A stretch of DNA of 64,000 bases from Octopus sinensis (Eukaryota). A program made the position numbers and the translations under genes. The stretch covers positions 140,182,001-140,246,000 of the forward strand of contig NC_043000.1 in the NCBI RefSeq assembly GCF_006345805.1, written 5' to 3'. Shown in pieces: positions 12,246-25,215 of the stretch (position 1 is the stretch's first letter; every line of letters starts with the position of its first letter). Under the pieces are notes generated by a model. The model saw only the letters and a program-made list of their open reading frames with translations, was not told the origin of the DNA and searched no databases.

Positions 12246-12435
12246 ATAAAACAAAATCGGACAACTAGATGATACAAAAAGGGACAGCAAAACATCCAGA
12301 TAGACGATATATGTATGCATGCATGCATGTATGTATGTATGTATGTATGTATGTATGTATGTATGTATGTATGTATGTATGTATGTATGTATGTGTATGT
12401 ATATATATGTGTGTGTGTGTGTATGTGAGTGTATA
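12200..12435. repeat. (TA)n/(TG)n and (TATG)n microsatellites
   Basis: Direct reading. Confidence 0.9.
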
Positions 12436-13295
12436 TGTCATAAATCGCAATATACTGCATTAAACAATGCATTTCACTTTTAATGATAGGTGTAATTTTA
12501 AGGAGATTTGATTGCTATTTCTAGCATGTTGAGCGACGATGTCAATGAGTCCCTTGATGCCAATAGTTATTTGTGCACTGACTCCAACCGAATTCCAGTA
12601 GGTAGGTAGGTAGAAGAATCAGTCTGACAGTTTGCAGTCACTGTAGAATAAATATGTCAAAGTAATAAGTTTCTGAATCCCCAGATAGATGTTCAATGGC
12701 ATAATATCTATGGAAGCATCCCTGAGATATTAGGCATAATATGTTACTGTCAACATATTTGAAATAATACAATTATAACTGGAATAGAATTGTGAAATTA
12801 TATTGATGTTCTAATATAACACTATCAACAGCTGCAGGCAATGACGTTTGTGTGTTTGCTTCTCAATGCTGATATCAATTAGACAGCTTTGTATAGCAAT
12901 AACTTTTTCCACCCTTCATGTCCTTTTTCTAGTCTTTTCACTGTGTATGCATATTTCTTTCAAGTCTGTTCTAATAATCCCTTTGCAATTTCTCTTAGCC
13001 AGTCACAAATCTGATTAACCTTCTCTTATAGATTTCTGATTGTGTGTTACTTGTTGCTATTGTTTAACTTGAACGATATTACTTGAATGATCACAAAAGC
13101 GTTCAAAGTTTCTTCTTACTTTTAACTCACAGATAATTGAAATAAAGAAGAAAGAAAGAGGGGAGAGAGAGAGAGAGAGGTTGAGGAATGGATATGTGTG
13201 CCTGTGAAAACATGTGTGGGGAGTGGCGAAAGAGAAATATAATGAACAATCTTTAAAATCATTCTAAAAATGATGCCCTACAATGATTGTGTAAA

Positions 13296-14569
13296 TATGA
13301 GGGTGGTCGGTAAAGTTTGTAGGATACTATGAAGGAGTGACGCTAGAGCTATGAAATCTTGCATGCATTACTTTCACCTCATTTCATTAATAATTGCATT
13401 GTTTCTTTCCAGGTAAACTGACATCTGACTCTTCAAAGAAGTGTTTGATTGTAACTAGAAGTGACTTCTCTTGAAAATGGGCGAAATTTGGCATTGTAAC
13501 ATTATAAAGTTCTTGCAGAAAAAGGTTTAGCCCCCAATGAAATTCATGCTGACATTATTACTACATTAGGGAATGATACTCCAGCTTTATCAACAGTACA
13601 AAAGTGGGCAGATGAATTTAGGAGGTTTGAAGATGACCCAACATCTGCAACTGTCACCACAGATGGAAACATTAATCATGTCCAACACATGGTGATGGAC
13701 GATAGGCAGGCAACTTTAAATCAAACAGCCAATTCTATTAGCATATCCTGTGAGAGAGGTGAGAATATTCTGCACCATGAACTTGCCATGACAAAGGTTT
13801 CTGCTCAGTGGGTGCCACGTCTTCTGAGACCAGAGCAAAAGTGCACCTAGCTGATCACATCACAGGAAAACCTGACATTGTTTGTGGCAGATCCAGAGGG
13901 TTTCCTCGAACATGTCCTAACATATGATGAGTGTTGGGTTCATCACTTTGAGTCAGAGACAAAGAAACAATCCATGCAGTGGAAACATCGCTCCTCACCT
14001 GTTCCAAAACAGCAAGGTAGTTTCATATGCAATGAAGTTAATGGCCTCAGTTATTTTAGGATGCAAAAGACATTTTTTATTGACTATCTTCAAAAGGTCC
14101 ACACTGTCAATGCAGAGTACAATGCCAAGAAGCTGAGTCAGTTATGAAAAGTTATCAAGCACAAATATTCAGGAAAAGTGATAAATTTGGTCTTGTCTCA
14201 CCAGGATAATGCTCCAGCACACAAGTCCTTGGTTTCAAAAGATGCTGTGAGCGGCTATGATTTTGAACTGGTTGATCACTCTCCTTATTCTCCTGATTTG
14301 GCTCTAGCTGACTATAATCTATTCTCCAGCATGAAAAATCACTAGGGTGAGAATCAGTATCATAATGATGATGATGTTGTATCTGTTGTTGATGCTTTTT
14401 TTTACCAATAGGATGAAAGCGTCTTCAAGAATGGGATCCAAGCACTGCAACAGCAATGGAAAAAAATGTGTGGACCACAAGGAGGTTAATATTGAAAAAT
14501 AAACCCCATATGGTCACATACCATGAAAGTAACTTGGTCAGATTATGAACTTTTCTGTTGACCCTCATA
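13296..14569 (+). mobile_element. Mariner (Tc1/mariner) transposon, full length, decayed
   Basis: TIRs TATGAGGGT..AAAGTT at both ends with TA. Transposase from ATG 13477 to TAA ~14502 with WVPRLL, TYDECWVHHFESETKKQSMQWKH, HQDNAPAHKS and YSPDLALADYNLF; stops and frameshifts. Confidence 0.95.
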
Positions 14570-16249
14570 TTCTGGGGCACAGTGCTGATACTGCTTACAG
14601 AAACATTTCAGGCTGAATCCAGAGAAAGTTCACTTGACAGACTGGCATAAAGTAACTCACAGATACATTCCAGCATCTGGTCAAAAGGTACAATGTTTCC
14701 TGTCTTTACCTTTCATACTGCTTCTACAATGGCTCTTGCTACTCAGAACTGCCTAATCTTGTGCCGTCTCTACTCAAGTCATTTAAAGTCATCCCTTTCT
14801 CTCCTCCTATCATCTTCAATATTGCGTGCAATCCACCAGGCTTTGAAACAATTACTCTTTCTAATCCTTATTTCACAGAATGTCAACTCACTGAAACTCC
14901 ATCCTTTCCTCAAATATTGAACTGAATTGCAACAATTTATGTAGAGCGTCAATAGAATAAATCTAACTGATTTCCTACGACTTGGAAAGGCCATGGATAT
15001 TGCTCCTCTACTAGACTTAGAAAGTAAAAACAAAACAACTACAAGGCTTGTAGTATGCTTTTGAACTTTTGACAATATGGATTATAACTGAACCTTTGTA
15101 ATAATAACAAAAATTAACTGTTTTCACCATATTCCTGCTTCAACAACAATTTTGATTGGTAGAACTATTCAGAACCATGTTAAGTTAGAATGAATGAAAT
15201 ATTGAGTTCAAATACTAAATTCAATAGGCAGAACCAAAGCCCAAGTTATTTATTCTCATTAAAGATAATAAATGCTGAATATATGCAAATGAATAATGAA
15301 ATAATAAAAATATCCATTAACAAATAAATTGTGTTGTAAAATACAAAGTTCAGAATTTATGTTGTGCTAGCCACTTTAAATTTATCATTTTATTTTCTTT
15401 TAGTGGAATATAAACAGAGAAATTTCATTATTAATGCCATTTCTTTTCTCATCTCATAATAATGCTTTATATATAAAAAGACGTTTTCAATAAGGTGTTT
15501 ATTTCCATAAATATAACACTTCTTTTTATATATATATTTTCCACATATATCTGTTAGGAAATAAAATTTTTTTTTTTTATATAAATATATATTATCAAAT
15601 TTGCAACAGGTTTAATGACATGGATAAGAACATTTGTTGAACAGAAGCAGCAGTAATGGAAGACGTAGCAGTAGTGGCAGTAGTGTAATTGCAAAGTGCA
15701 ACTGGGAGCAGATTGAGTTGTTTTGGTAAGAAGTTAATTTCATAACCATGGGGATGATTTCACTATCATAAGGCTAAACATAATCAATATAAAGTTGTTG
15801 TAGCATCACTAGCAATAGCATTATCACAAGTACAAGTGGCAATAGATGTACTCAGCCATCTTAGCACATTATTTGATTATATATATATATTATTATTTCA
15901 GAGTTTTCCAACTACTTAATAATTTGTTTTAAATCTAATTTATGCACAAATGCATGAGCATGCAATGACATATAATATATATACGCACTATTCAATATAT
16001 TTTTATTGATGATAGTTCTGAAAAGATGGTGAGTGATAGAATTAGTAAAGACGTGGAGAACATATATTACAATATATATATAGTAAAGCAGTTTACATTC
16101 TGAGTTCACATCCTTATCAAAGTCATCTTTGCCTCTGGGGTTATTAAAATAACCAATCAACTTACACACACTAACACACACACATTTATGTATGCATCAT
16201 GTATGCATGCATGCTTGTATGTATGTATATGTGTGTGTGTGTATGTTTG

Positions 16250-16452
16250 TATGTCTTTCAAAATGTGACCTCTTGTGTACCGTTGGCGATTTATTTTCCT
16301 CTGTCTTTCCTTCTCCTATGTTTCTGACGAAGAGCTCCGCTCGAAACGTTAAACCCTCCTTCTTTCCTTCTTTCCTGAGCGTCCAATAATACTATATTTG
16401 TTCCACGTCCTCGCGTTGTGTTTTTTTGTGCTTTCTTGTTTGGATTAACTAT
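16250..16452 (+). mobile_element. Probable Penelope-type pLTR remnant containing a minimal hammerhead
   Basis: CpG-rich 200-bp insert between (TATG)n tracts, with CTGACGA..GAAACGTT. Confidence 0.55.
16320..16354 (+). ncRNA. Minimal type I hammerhead ribozyme
   Basis: GTTT-CTGACGA-A-GAGC(TCC)GCTC-GAAAC-GTT-AAAC; stem I GTTT/AAAC; stem III reduced to the palindrome AACGTT. Confidence 0.6.
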
Positions 16453-17035
16453 GTATGTATGTATATATGTGTGTGTGTATGTATGTACGTACGTACGTAC
16501 GTATGTATGTATGTGTGTATGTATGTATGTATGTGTGTATGTATGTATGTATGTATGTATGTACGTACGTACGTATGTATGTATGTATGTATGTATGTAT
16601 GTATGTATGTATGTATGTATGTATGTAGGTATGTATGCATGTATGTATGTATGCCCGCATGCATGTATGTATGTATGTATGTATGCATGTATGTATGAAT
16701 GTATGTATTTATGTATGTATGTATGTATGTATGCCTGCATGCATGTATGTATGTATGTATGTATGTATGTATGCCTGCATGCATGTATGTATGTATGTAT
16801 GTATGCATGTATGTATGAATGTATGTATTTATGTATGTATGTATGTATGTATGCCTGCATGCATGTATGTATGTATGTATGTATGTATGTATGCATGCAT
16901 GTATGTATGTATGTATGTATGTATGTATGCCTGCATGCATGTATGTATGTATGCCCTCATGCATGTATGTATGTATGTATGTTTGTATGTATGTATGTAT
17001 GTATGTATGTATGTATGTATGTATGTATGCATACA
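16450..17035. repeat. (TATG)n compound satellite with TACG/TGCA/CCTG variants
   Basis: Direct reading; source of many spurious ORFs. Confidence 0.97.
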
Positions 17036-17315
17036 TGTACTAGTGAGTGGACAACGAGAAAAATAACACTGCCACTTTTGGTAGTTGTATGAATATGAGA
17101 TTTGAAAAGATTTCACAAACTGTTATTCTGAGTTTCTCGTACCTGATCATCAGACAGCCTGATAAGTAACAATTTTTGTATTTTGGTTTTCACCTTGAAT
17201 ATCAAATACAATTTAGAACTAAGTTTTGTAATCTTCTGCTATTTCTCCACCTTGTTCTGCATCTGTGTGCTCGTGTGTATGTGTGTCCGTCCGTCTGCCT
17301 GTCTGTATGCATGTA

Positions 17316-17681
17316 TACTCTTTTACTCTTTTACTTGTTTCAGTCGTTTGACTGCAGCCATGCTGGAGCACCGCCTTTAGTCGAGCAAATCGACCCTGGG
17401 ACTTATTCTTTGTAAGCCCAGTACTTATTCTATCGGTCTCTTTTGCCGAACCGCTAAGTGACGGGGACATAAACACACCAGCATCGGTTGTCAAGCAATG
17501 CTAGGGGGACAAACACACACACAGAAACACATACACATATATATAATTACATATATACGACAGGCTTCTTTCAGTTTCCGTCTACCAAATCTCCCAAATC
17601 CGGGGCTATAGCAGGAGACACTTGCCCAAGATGCCACGTAGTGGGACTGAACCCGGAACCATGTTAGCCACTCCTGCGCCT
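17316..17681 (-). mobile_element. SINE family A copy with small internal deletions
   Basis: Consensus match. Confidence 0.93.
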
Positions 17682-17687
17682 ATGTAA

Positions 17688-18885
17688 TTGAAGTTTAGAC
17701 CGAAAATAGTGCTGTTGTGAGAGTAACTTTTTTATTAACTGACATAGGTTACTCAGATTGTACATGTTGGTAGAGTAACTTTTCTCTGCACAAATGTATT
17801 TCTCAACGTAGCCTCCGACACAAGTGATGTATCTGCGTCATCGTTGAAACCAACTTTTGAATCTTGTTTGAAAAACTCAGGCGTGTAGTGTTCTACCCAT
17901 TCCTTCCCAGAAAATTTTACTTTATCTGTTTCATCAAATTATTGTCCCCGAATACTGTACTTCTTTGGACTGAACAGGTGAAAATTAGAGATGTAGGGTG
18001 TATAGTGGGTGAGGGACCACCGATAACTCCAATTTGCAGATTCCCCTGATTTGTTACCAAAGATGTGCATAACCAAACATTGAACGGCGAATGAAGATCG
18101 TTTTCAGATCCTTATTTCTTCTCTTCCTCTTTGAGTTCTTTAAGCTTTTAAAGTGACTCAGTGTATTGCTCGCTATTCATAGTACAGCCTTGTTCGATGA
18201 AATAAAGAAGAATAATGCCTTTGCCATACAAAAATAAAAATAATAAAAAAAAAGGCAGTCCCATGACTTTCTGTACCGATTGCAGGCTCTTAATTTCTCA
18301 GATCTTAGAGAAGAGCTGTGACACTATCCCATGGACTGAGCCTCTGTTTCCAGAACATAAAGATCAGTTTATACTTCATTCCCCGTCAGTAGATCGGAAA
18401 ATTATGTTTCTTAGGGCTTAGGATACTTCTAGTACGTTAGAGCAGACTTCCACGCTTCTCTCTCTCTCTCAAATTGTATGTCTGTTTTCGTAGTACGCAT
18501 TTTGCAAACCCTCTCCAATTCCTAAAGCCATCTACCGTCTTCTTTACCAGTTCGTCCACTTACTGGCGATTCATGCTGGTGGTCGCAAATGCTTTTCTTC
18601 CTCTGAGTGGTTTTTCTTCAATGCTTGTTTCATCATTATTTAAAATTTTTCAACTATCTGTGCACATTGCGCTTGCTATTAGTGCCTTTTCCGTAAACAC
18701 CTCGTCGGAGCATCATGTGTGCTTTCTTCGTCGAGAATTTGACGGCAGCACATAGCTCCTGTTTGGAGCTCATTATTCGCTTGCAAAGGCATTAGAATGA
18801 AGTATTATATGCGAAATGTTACTCCAGCAACATAAGCAAACCTATGTTATGCCCACTTTAACGTTATTTTTGGTACAACCTCATA
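17688..18885 (-). mobile_element. Mariner transposon, highly decayed
   Basis: Minus-strand translation fragments EEKPLRGRK..DELVK and HPLYT..SNFHLFSPKK..RGQ*FDETDKVK..EFFKQ..GGYVEK; degenerate TIRs 18862-18885 (cgttatttttggtacaacctcata) and 17688-17711. Confidence 0.75.
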
Positions 18886-19693
18886 TCAAGCACACACATA
18901 TATATATACATACTCATATGTATACACATACATGCACACTAAGGGATACATACGGGGTTTATATATACTGAAGAATTTACATTATTTCTTTTTTATGTTC
19001 TTTTTTTTTTTTTGCTCTCTGTACCCTTCATGAAATATAACTATATTTCACCATAAACAATATTAACCGCATTATAATGTACAGCACACCTTGTTTCAAT
19101 GCCCACGATGTACCACAGATCTTGTCATAAGGCATCTGTTCCAACATTTTATGTAAATATCCGATTTTGAATCAGTTAACTGATGCATACGCGAAGTAGG
19201 AAAAAAAAAGTATAAAACTGTTGTATATATCTTTACAAGGAAATAAATTAAAAACGTACTGTGTTTGGTAAAAAAAAAAAAATCGTTGATTTAGGTTGAA
19301 TGAAATAGAAATATCGTTGATCTGTAGGTTTGAAGAATATTTATGCTAAACTTCCCAATAATTTATTGCATTTAGTTTTTTACCAGTCTCAGTTTTTCTG
19401 AAAGTTTATCTTATTTTATGCTTCAAGTTGAGAAGTAAGGGATTCTCAGAGAAAATGTCTACAATAAATTGTATTTATTTATGCTTCTTCCAAACTTCGG
19501 ATAATCTCATTGAGATGCAGAGTTTTAAGAAATGAAATTATATGTTTTTCATTGGTGTCAATTGCAGTCTCACGAGGCACCAGGAAAATACAATTCTATA
19601 ATCTCAGTTTGTGTTGTGGTATGTATTATGCATATATGTATGCCATGTGTATGTATGTGTGCCTGTATGTATAAATACACAAACTTAAACACA

Positions 19694-19694
<1 letters not shown>

Positions 19695-19754
<60 letters not shown>

Positions 19755-19756
19755 CA

Positions 19757-19790
<34 letters not shown>

Positions 19791-19815
19791 CATACACACA
19801 CATACACACACAAAC
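19695..19815. repeat. (TA)n/(TACA)n microsatellite
   Basis: Direct reading. Confidence 0.95.
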
Positions 19816-19905
19816 ATAATACATTCAGAGTTTTAAAATATCACTCTCGTCTCCTTTACTACCAATAGCATTAGTACCTGTTATAATTAATGTTATTACC
19901 TGGGA

Positions 19906-19906
<1 letters not shown>

Positions 19907-19953
<47 letters not shown>

Positions 19954-21548
19954 GAACACGTCGCACAGTATCCAATATTGTAATGCAGATTTGAAGATAT
20001 TGTGTGCAGTGGGGATTTTGCTGTCTGTCAAATCATAAGGACATAAAAAAAAACAGTACTTTACGCAGTATACGCGCAGATTCAAATAAAGCCGATGTTT
20101 GCAATACAAGAATTTAGAGTATTTCTAAAGTGTTCAGATGTTTCTTCAGGTTGGGTGGTATTGAACTCGATACACTGATAGCAACAGGAACAACGTTTGT
20201 GTTTGACTATTGCAGCTGCCACATCTTGGTGATCTCAATTTTCTGGTCAAATTATTAATGGTTTCAAGTAAGGGGTTCTCCTTCTTTTCATGACAATACG
20301 TTAACCTCCTAACACTGCTCCGTCAATTATTAGTTATGGTTGTCCCCTTTAAGGCTACTATATCCGGCAGCGAGCTTGCAGAAACGTTAGCATGCCGGGT
20401 GAAATGTGTAGCCGTATTTCGTCTGCCGTTACGTTCTGAGTTCAAATTCCGCCGAGGTCGACTTTGCCTTTCATCCTTTCGGGGTCGATAAATTAAGTAC
20501 CAGTTACGCACTGGGATCGATGTAATCGACTTAGTCCCTTTGTCTGTCCTTGTTTGTCCCCTCTATGTTTAGCCCCTTGTGAGTAATAAAGAAACATGTA
20601 TCATGTATCCAGCCTTTAGTTTTCTAACACCTTGTCTGTCTGGAAGTCAAAGTCCCAGAGAACTTTTGCTTTCCCGTTCGTCCGTTGCTTTTTCCGGTGT
20701 ATGTTGGTACCAAGCACCCGTTACCTCATAGCCATACTTTCGGCATAGTAGCCAGGTTTAGGGCTACCTTGTCGTGTCTGCTCCTGTACTCTTTCTGAGC
20801 AAGACTCACAAGCACTAAGAATGTGAATCCCGCTTTCGATCTTCTCACACATTCTGCTAAGGTTCTTGGCGATCGTGTGGTATATATCCCTTTTCACTGA
20901 GTTGGTATTCACTGTCAGGTCCTAGACAGCAATGAGTAGGATTTCAGTCCATTTTTTTATGGTCAACTTTGCTGATTCACATCCATGATGATTCCTGGTC
21001 TTTTAAGTTGTAAGTTTTGCTGTGGACTTCTGACCATGTAATTTTATGTGGAGTAGTGTTTCTTTTCTTTCGGTGGCTATTCGTGATTAGAATTCATTAG
21101 TAATTTCAACTCCATTGTCAGTAAATCCTTCAGCATTAGCAGCATACTACAGCAGGTAGCAGATCTTGTTCGCTGTTTACCAAATACTCTGCCAAGTTTC
21201 TTCTTTCGGTATCTCGTACGCTTATCAGGCCATGCCCACATTATAGCCTGTTACATTCGCCTTAAGGCAGAAGGCACGTTGCATTGTCAGCGTCTTTCGA
21301 GCAGTGTGATCGAGTCGGTTAATCTCCGCTCGTGTCCAATTCTGAACGGATTCACTATAGCGAACTTCGGCAACAGCCCATATGTTAATGGCAGACTCAA
21401 GGTTCCTTGTATTAAGATTTAACTTCAAGAGAAGTTTGAAGCGATTCAAATATGCAGCAGTAACATTGTCTTTCATTTCTGGGTGCAAAATATTGTCTAC
21501 CTCCAAGATCCAAAGGTACTTGTATCCACTCTCATCCGGGTCTCCCAT
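19907..21548 (-). mobile_element. R4/Dong-clade non-LTR retrotransposon fragment (RT end to REL endonuclease) with (AAT)n tail
   Basis: Minus: ESGYKYLWILE..AINIWAV..RLDHTARK; RMCEKIESGIHILSAC; KAKVLWDFDFQTDKVLEN; KMWQL..VVPVAI..ARILRKVL; (ATT)n at 19907-19952; interrupted by SINE 20366-20594. Confidence 0.85.
20366..20594 (+). mobile_element. SINE family B inserted into the R4/Dong element
   Basis: Full consensus match. Confidence 0.95.
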
Positions 21549-21551
21549 TCT

Positions 21552-21602
21552 TTTTCTTCTTCTTCTTCTCTTCTTCTTCTTCTTCTTCTTCTTCTTCTTC
21601 TT
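21552..21602. repeat. (CTT)n microsatellite
   Basis: Direct reading; separates two divergent R4/Dong fragments. Confidence 0.95.
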
Positions 21603-22803
21603 CTAGTCGAAATTAAACGGACGGAATACGATTGGAGCTATCAACACCTGGGCGGTTTCACTCCTTAGATATAGAGTAGAGGTAATTGCAAGGAGATTAG
21701 ATGAACTAAACAACTTAGACAGAAAAACAAGGAAGTTGCTAACTAGATATGGGTCGCTCTACCCAAAAAGTGACACAGGCAGACTGTATGTACCAAGAAA
21801 GAGAGGGGGAAGAGGAATTATGGCATGCGAACACAGCATTAGAGCAGAAGAAAACAACATAGCATGGTATGTAAAAAATGACACAGAACCGTTATTATTA
21901 GAAGAAAGTCAGGCTTGTGTAGGATGAAAGATTGCAAAGATAAAGCATTGTACAAGCAATTGAAAACGAATGAAACTGAAAATATGTGGGTAAAGAAAAA
22001 ATGCATGGTCAATTTTATAGGGGTGTTGGAGACAGACAGAGAAAAAAAGATGGCTGTGGATGACTAAAAGTGATTTAAAACCGGAAACAGAGACTATAAT
22101 CTGTGCTGTCCAAGAGCAAGTACTAAAATACAAAATTGACAACACAGCAGAAAGTGATAAGTGCAGAATCTGTGGACAAAATGGTGAAACCGTATGGCGT
22201 ATTACCAGCCAATGTACGCCACTAGCCCAGAAGGAATATAAGAGACACCACGACACCATAGCCAGGCTTGACCATTGGACACTTTGCAGCAAGTATGGAC
22301 TTGGCAGAGCAAAATATTGGTACGACCACAAACCTGAAGGCATTGTCGAAAATAAAAATGCAAAGATCCTATGGGATTTTTATTCAGTGCGTCCATGAGA
22401 TAGAGAATAGGAAGCCAGACATAGTCTTATTTGAGAAAGAAAACAAACTATGCTGGATCATAGATATAGCATGCCCAGCTGACAATAAGGAATGCGATAA
22501 GGAAGAGAGAAAAGTCAAGAGATATGACAGGATAGCTCGCGAAGTTAAGCAGTTGTGGTCGATGAAAAAGGTAGCAGTAGTACCAATAATTGTGGACGCC
22601 CTGGGAACAGTGAGCAAAATCTCGAGAAGTACATGGAACAAATAGGTGCTGCAATAAGGGTGGAGCACTTTCAGAAAACAGCACTGCTTGGAACTGCCCG
22701 AATACTCCGGAAAGTGCTCGAAAAATAAGTTCATTGGTAGTGAACAGCTAACACGGCAGTACATCTCCAGCGTTAGAAGCAGTTGAAAGGCAATAATAAT
22801 AAT
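21603..22803 (+). mobile_element. R4/Dong-clade non-LTR retrotransposon, 5'-truncated
   Basis: LDRKTRKLL..RLYVPRKRGGRG; Zn-knuckle region CRICGQNGETVWRITSQC; REL motif KPDIVLFEK..IIDIACPAD..KVKRY; QKTALLGTARILRKVLEK* (TAA 22726-28); AAT tail; frameshifted. Confidence 0.93.
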
Positions 22804-22882
22804 ACTGAGCGTTATACTTATACATCTGTTTTATTTGTACAGCACCTGTCTTCGTATTTTGTGTTTTTTCGTGAACTACCCC

Positions 22883-22885
<3 letters not shown>

Positions 22886-22943
<58 letters not shown>
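22886..22943. repeat. (TA)n microsatellite
   Basis: Direct reading. Confidence 0.95.
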
Positions 22944-22945
<2 letters not shown>

Positions 22946-23101
22946 TCGTTCACATAACATCTATGTGTGTTGGAAACAGATAAAGTGAATACAATTTACA
23001 AGAAAGATTCATAGTTTTATTTTGATTACAATTCCAGTGTCTTTTAGAGCAAAATCTTTCAAGGTTGTTCGCATGCTTTACTGCCTCTGATAGTCACTCA
23101 C

Positions 23102-23160
23102 TTCCAGTCCGTTTGTTGTTTTACTTTTCTTTCCCACCAAGCGTGACAGACAGGCCACAC
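23102..23160 (-). other. Candidate non-coding first exon of a leftward gene
   Basis: Minus-strand consensus donor GGAA|GTGAGT (GT at 23101-23100) in CpG-retaining unique sequence; 5' limit is a guess. Confidence 0.25.
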
Positions 23161-23182
23161 ATTGCGTTTTTTTATATGTAAG

Positions 23183-23486
23183 ACTAGCAGTATCGCCCGG
23201 CGTTGCTCGGGTTTGTAAGGGAAATAACTATATAAGCATTTTTAGAGAGTTACTTCCCTTATATAAACCGAGCGGAAATGCATTAAAAGTGCGGAAAAAT
23301 TATGGTAAATATTTTTTTAAATCGTAGACTCATCGTAGACGCGCGCTAATACCTAGAAGGGCTCGATATGAATCACGACTATAAGATACTCGCTTTTGGT
23401 TAAACTGCACCGCAAAATGTGGGAGTAGTTAGGAATCTAAATCGGTGTAGACAGAGACACACAACTACATTTTTATATATAAAGAT
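23183..23486 (+). mobile_element. Helentron/DINE-1-like non-autonomous element (HINE)
   Basis: Starts ACTAGCAGTATCGCCCGGCGTTGCTCGGG (sub-terminal hairpin) and ends ttttatatataaagat; second copy at 37321-37629. Confidence 0.7.
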
Positions 23487-23759
23487 TATTATTAACGGGA
23501 AAAGCGCTCTGTAACGTTTCTGAACTTTTCATGTTATTTAACAGAAATGGTATGTGTCCGTTTTAAAATTTTCTTCACTTATACAAACCAACTCTTTTCG
23601 TTGAGCTGTTACGTTTTACTTCATCTGCACCCCAAGAAGTACATATGGCGGTAAAGTTTCGCAGCGTAAAACTTGCTTGTTTTGCTTTAAAAAGTTGGAA
23701 ATCCGTAGAGAAATAATATTCACGGTGGACAAATATGAAAGAGAGAAAAAGAGAGGGGA

Positions 23760-24083
23760 AGAGTTAAGCGGAGTGAGAATTGCATCAAACGTTTCAGGGG
23801 AAAATATCAACGCAAGGCAGCGCCAACAGCCTCAACAACAATAACAAGGGGTAAAAAAAGTGACATGACAAACAGGAGTTTATACAATTTCAGCGAATAT
23901 TTCCCGGATTTGACATCATCTAAATGAAGTATAACATCGATAACACAATCAACAAAAAAAAAGCAGAAATGGTGAATCAGGAATATAGAGACATTACTCT
24001 GCTGCAGTCACCACTGTACTTAAACTACTTTCACAGTTGCGAGGAGCAGCAGCGTCACTAACATCCTTGGTACCGCAAATACC
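23760..24083 (+). other. Candidate first exon (5'UTR with 46-aa uORF) of a rightward gene
   Basis: Unique CpG-containing sequence ending in donor ACC|GTAAGG (GT 24084-85); short ORF MKYNIDNTINKKKAEMVNQEY..RH*; 5' limit is a guess. Confidence 0.3.
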
Positions 24084-25029
24084 GTAAGGACAACAACAAT
24101 AAGTCTATATGAAATATAGTAAAGCTGCTTCAAATAGTTTGGTTTTACCTGTAGACAACAAATCGTTTAGAAGAGCTCCTTATATTGCTAAAAGAGATGG
24201 CCAATGCACTTTTCTGAACATAACAGCGGTGTTCAATAATGATAATAGATTCCTAGTTTTTCCTACTTTTTACTTCATGTTTTGTAGCTATTCCTGGTTT
24301 AAGCATTTAGCTCTGATTATACTATTACTCTCACGTTATCATACTGTTTCTTCCCAATGTGTCTTCATTTGAATCTGTCGTACATTGATTCCTAAGTAGT
24401 TGTATATTTGTATTTCATCCAATCTTTTATCGTTAATATTTTATTTATCAGCTTTTCTCTTTGACTAATCTACTGTTGCATTAAAGTTCAAACTGGTGCT
24501 GGGCGTTTAGCGACCGGAATGTTATTAAGCATTTCTTACATTCTACCAGCTACAAAATGCAGTCATCGCAAACTTAACCACTTCATTTTATAGTAGATGT
24601 TATAAGTGTTAGATTAGCCTAAATGGTATAACGCCAAACTATAACGTTTGCAGTAAGATAAAAATCGCAAGTCAAAGGAAAATGGTGATTGTCTCATAGA
24701 AAACATTTGTTACAGAATTTAGTCACAGTTAGGGAAGAATTTATTTTGGCGGGGCCTTTAATCCAAGAACACTTTTATAAACCTTACTGCATTTTGTTTC
24801 ATTTTTCTCTTCGACCCCAGCTGATGAATTCATTTCTCCTAGGTCTATAGAACAAAGCAATAATTTTCTCAAATGAATTCAATCATCGATATTATTCTAA
24901 TAGAACTGAAGCCAATGAAAAGACATCCTCCTGATTGATTGACATATTTCAAATATTAATGAAATCTCTCAAATTATACGCCAGAATCTTCAAAAAGGAA
25001 GGACATTTTTGATAAAGGGACTCTATGTT

Positions 25030-25215
25030 TAGACGAAGGCATAGCTGTGTTGTTAAGAAATTTGATTCGCAACCAGACGATTTCAGTCGCCGTCCCATTG
25101 CCAGCGCATAGCTCATTGAGAAAGTGACCCTTACTATAGTACCGAACTGATCATTACATTTGAGTGGATCTGGTAGGCGGAAGTTCGTCATATATGTGTG
25201 GGTGTCTGTGTTCGC
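25030..25215 (+). mobile_element. Old SINE family A-related 5' fragment
   Basis: ggcatagctgtgttgttaagaaatttg...tgagtggatctggtaggcggaag. Confidence 0.6.

Noticed and set aside
14661-14921. Minus-strand segment bounded by a good acceptor and GTGAGT donor
   Set aside because: Stops in all three frames; partly resembles a decayed LINE
16192-17116. Long ORFs (up to 224 aa) on both strands
   Set aside because: Read-through of the (TATG)n satellite (YVCM/HTYI repeats); not coding
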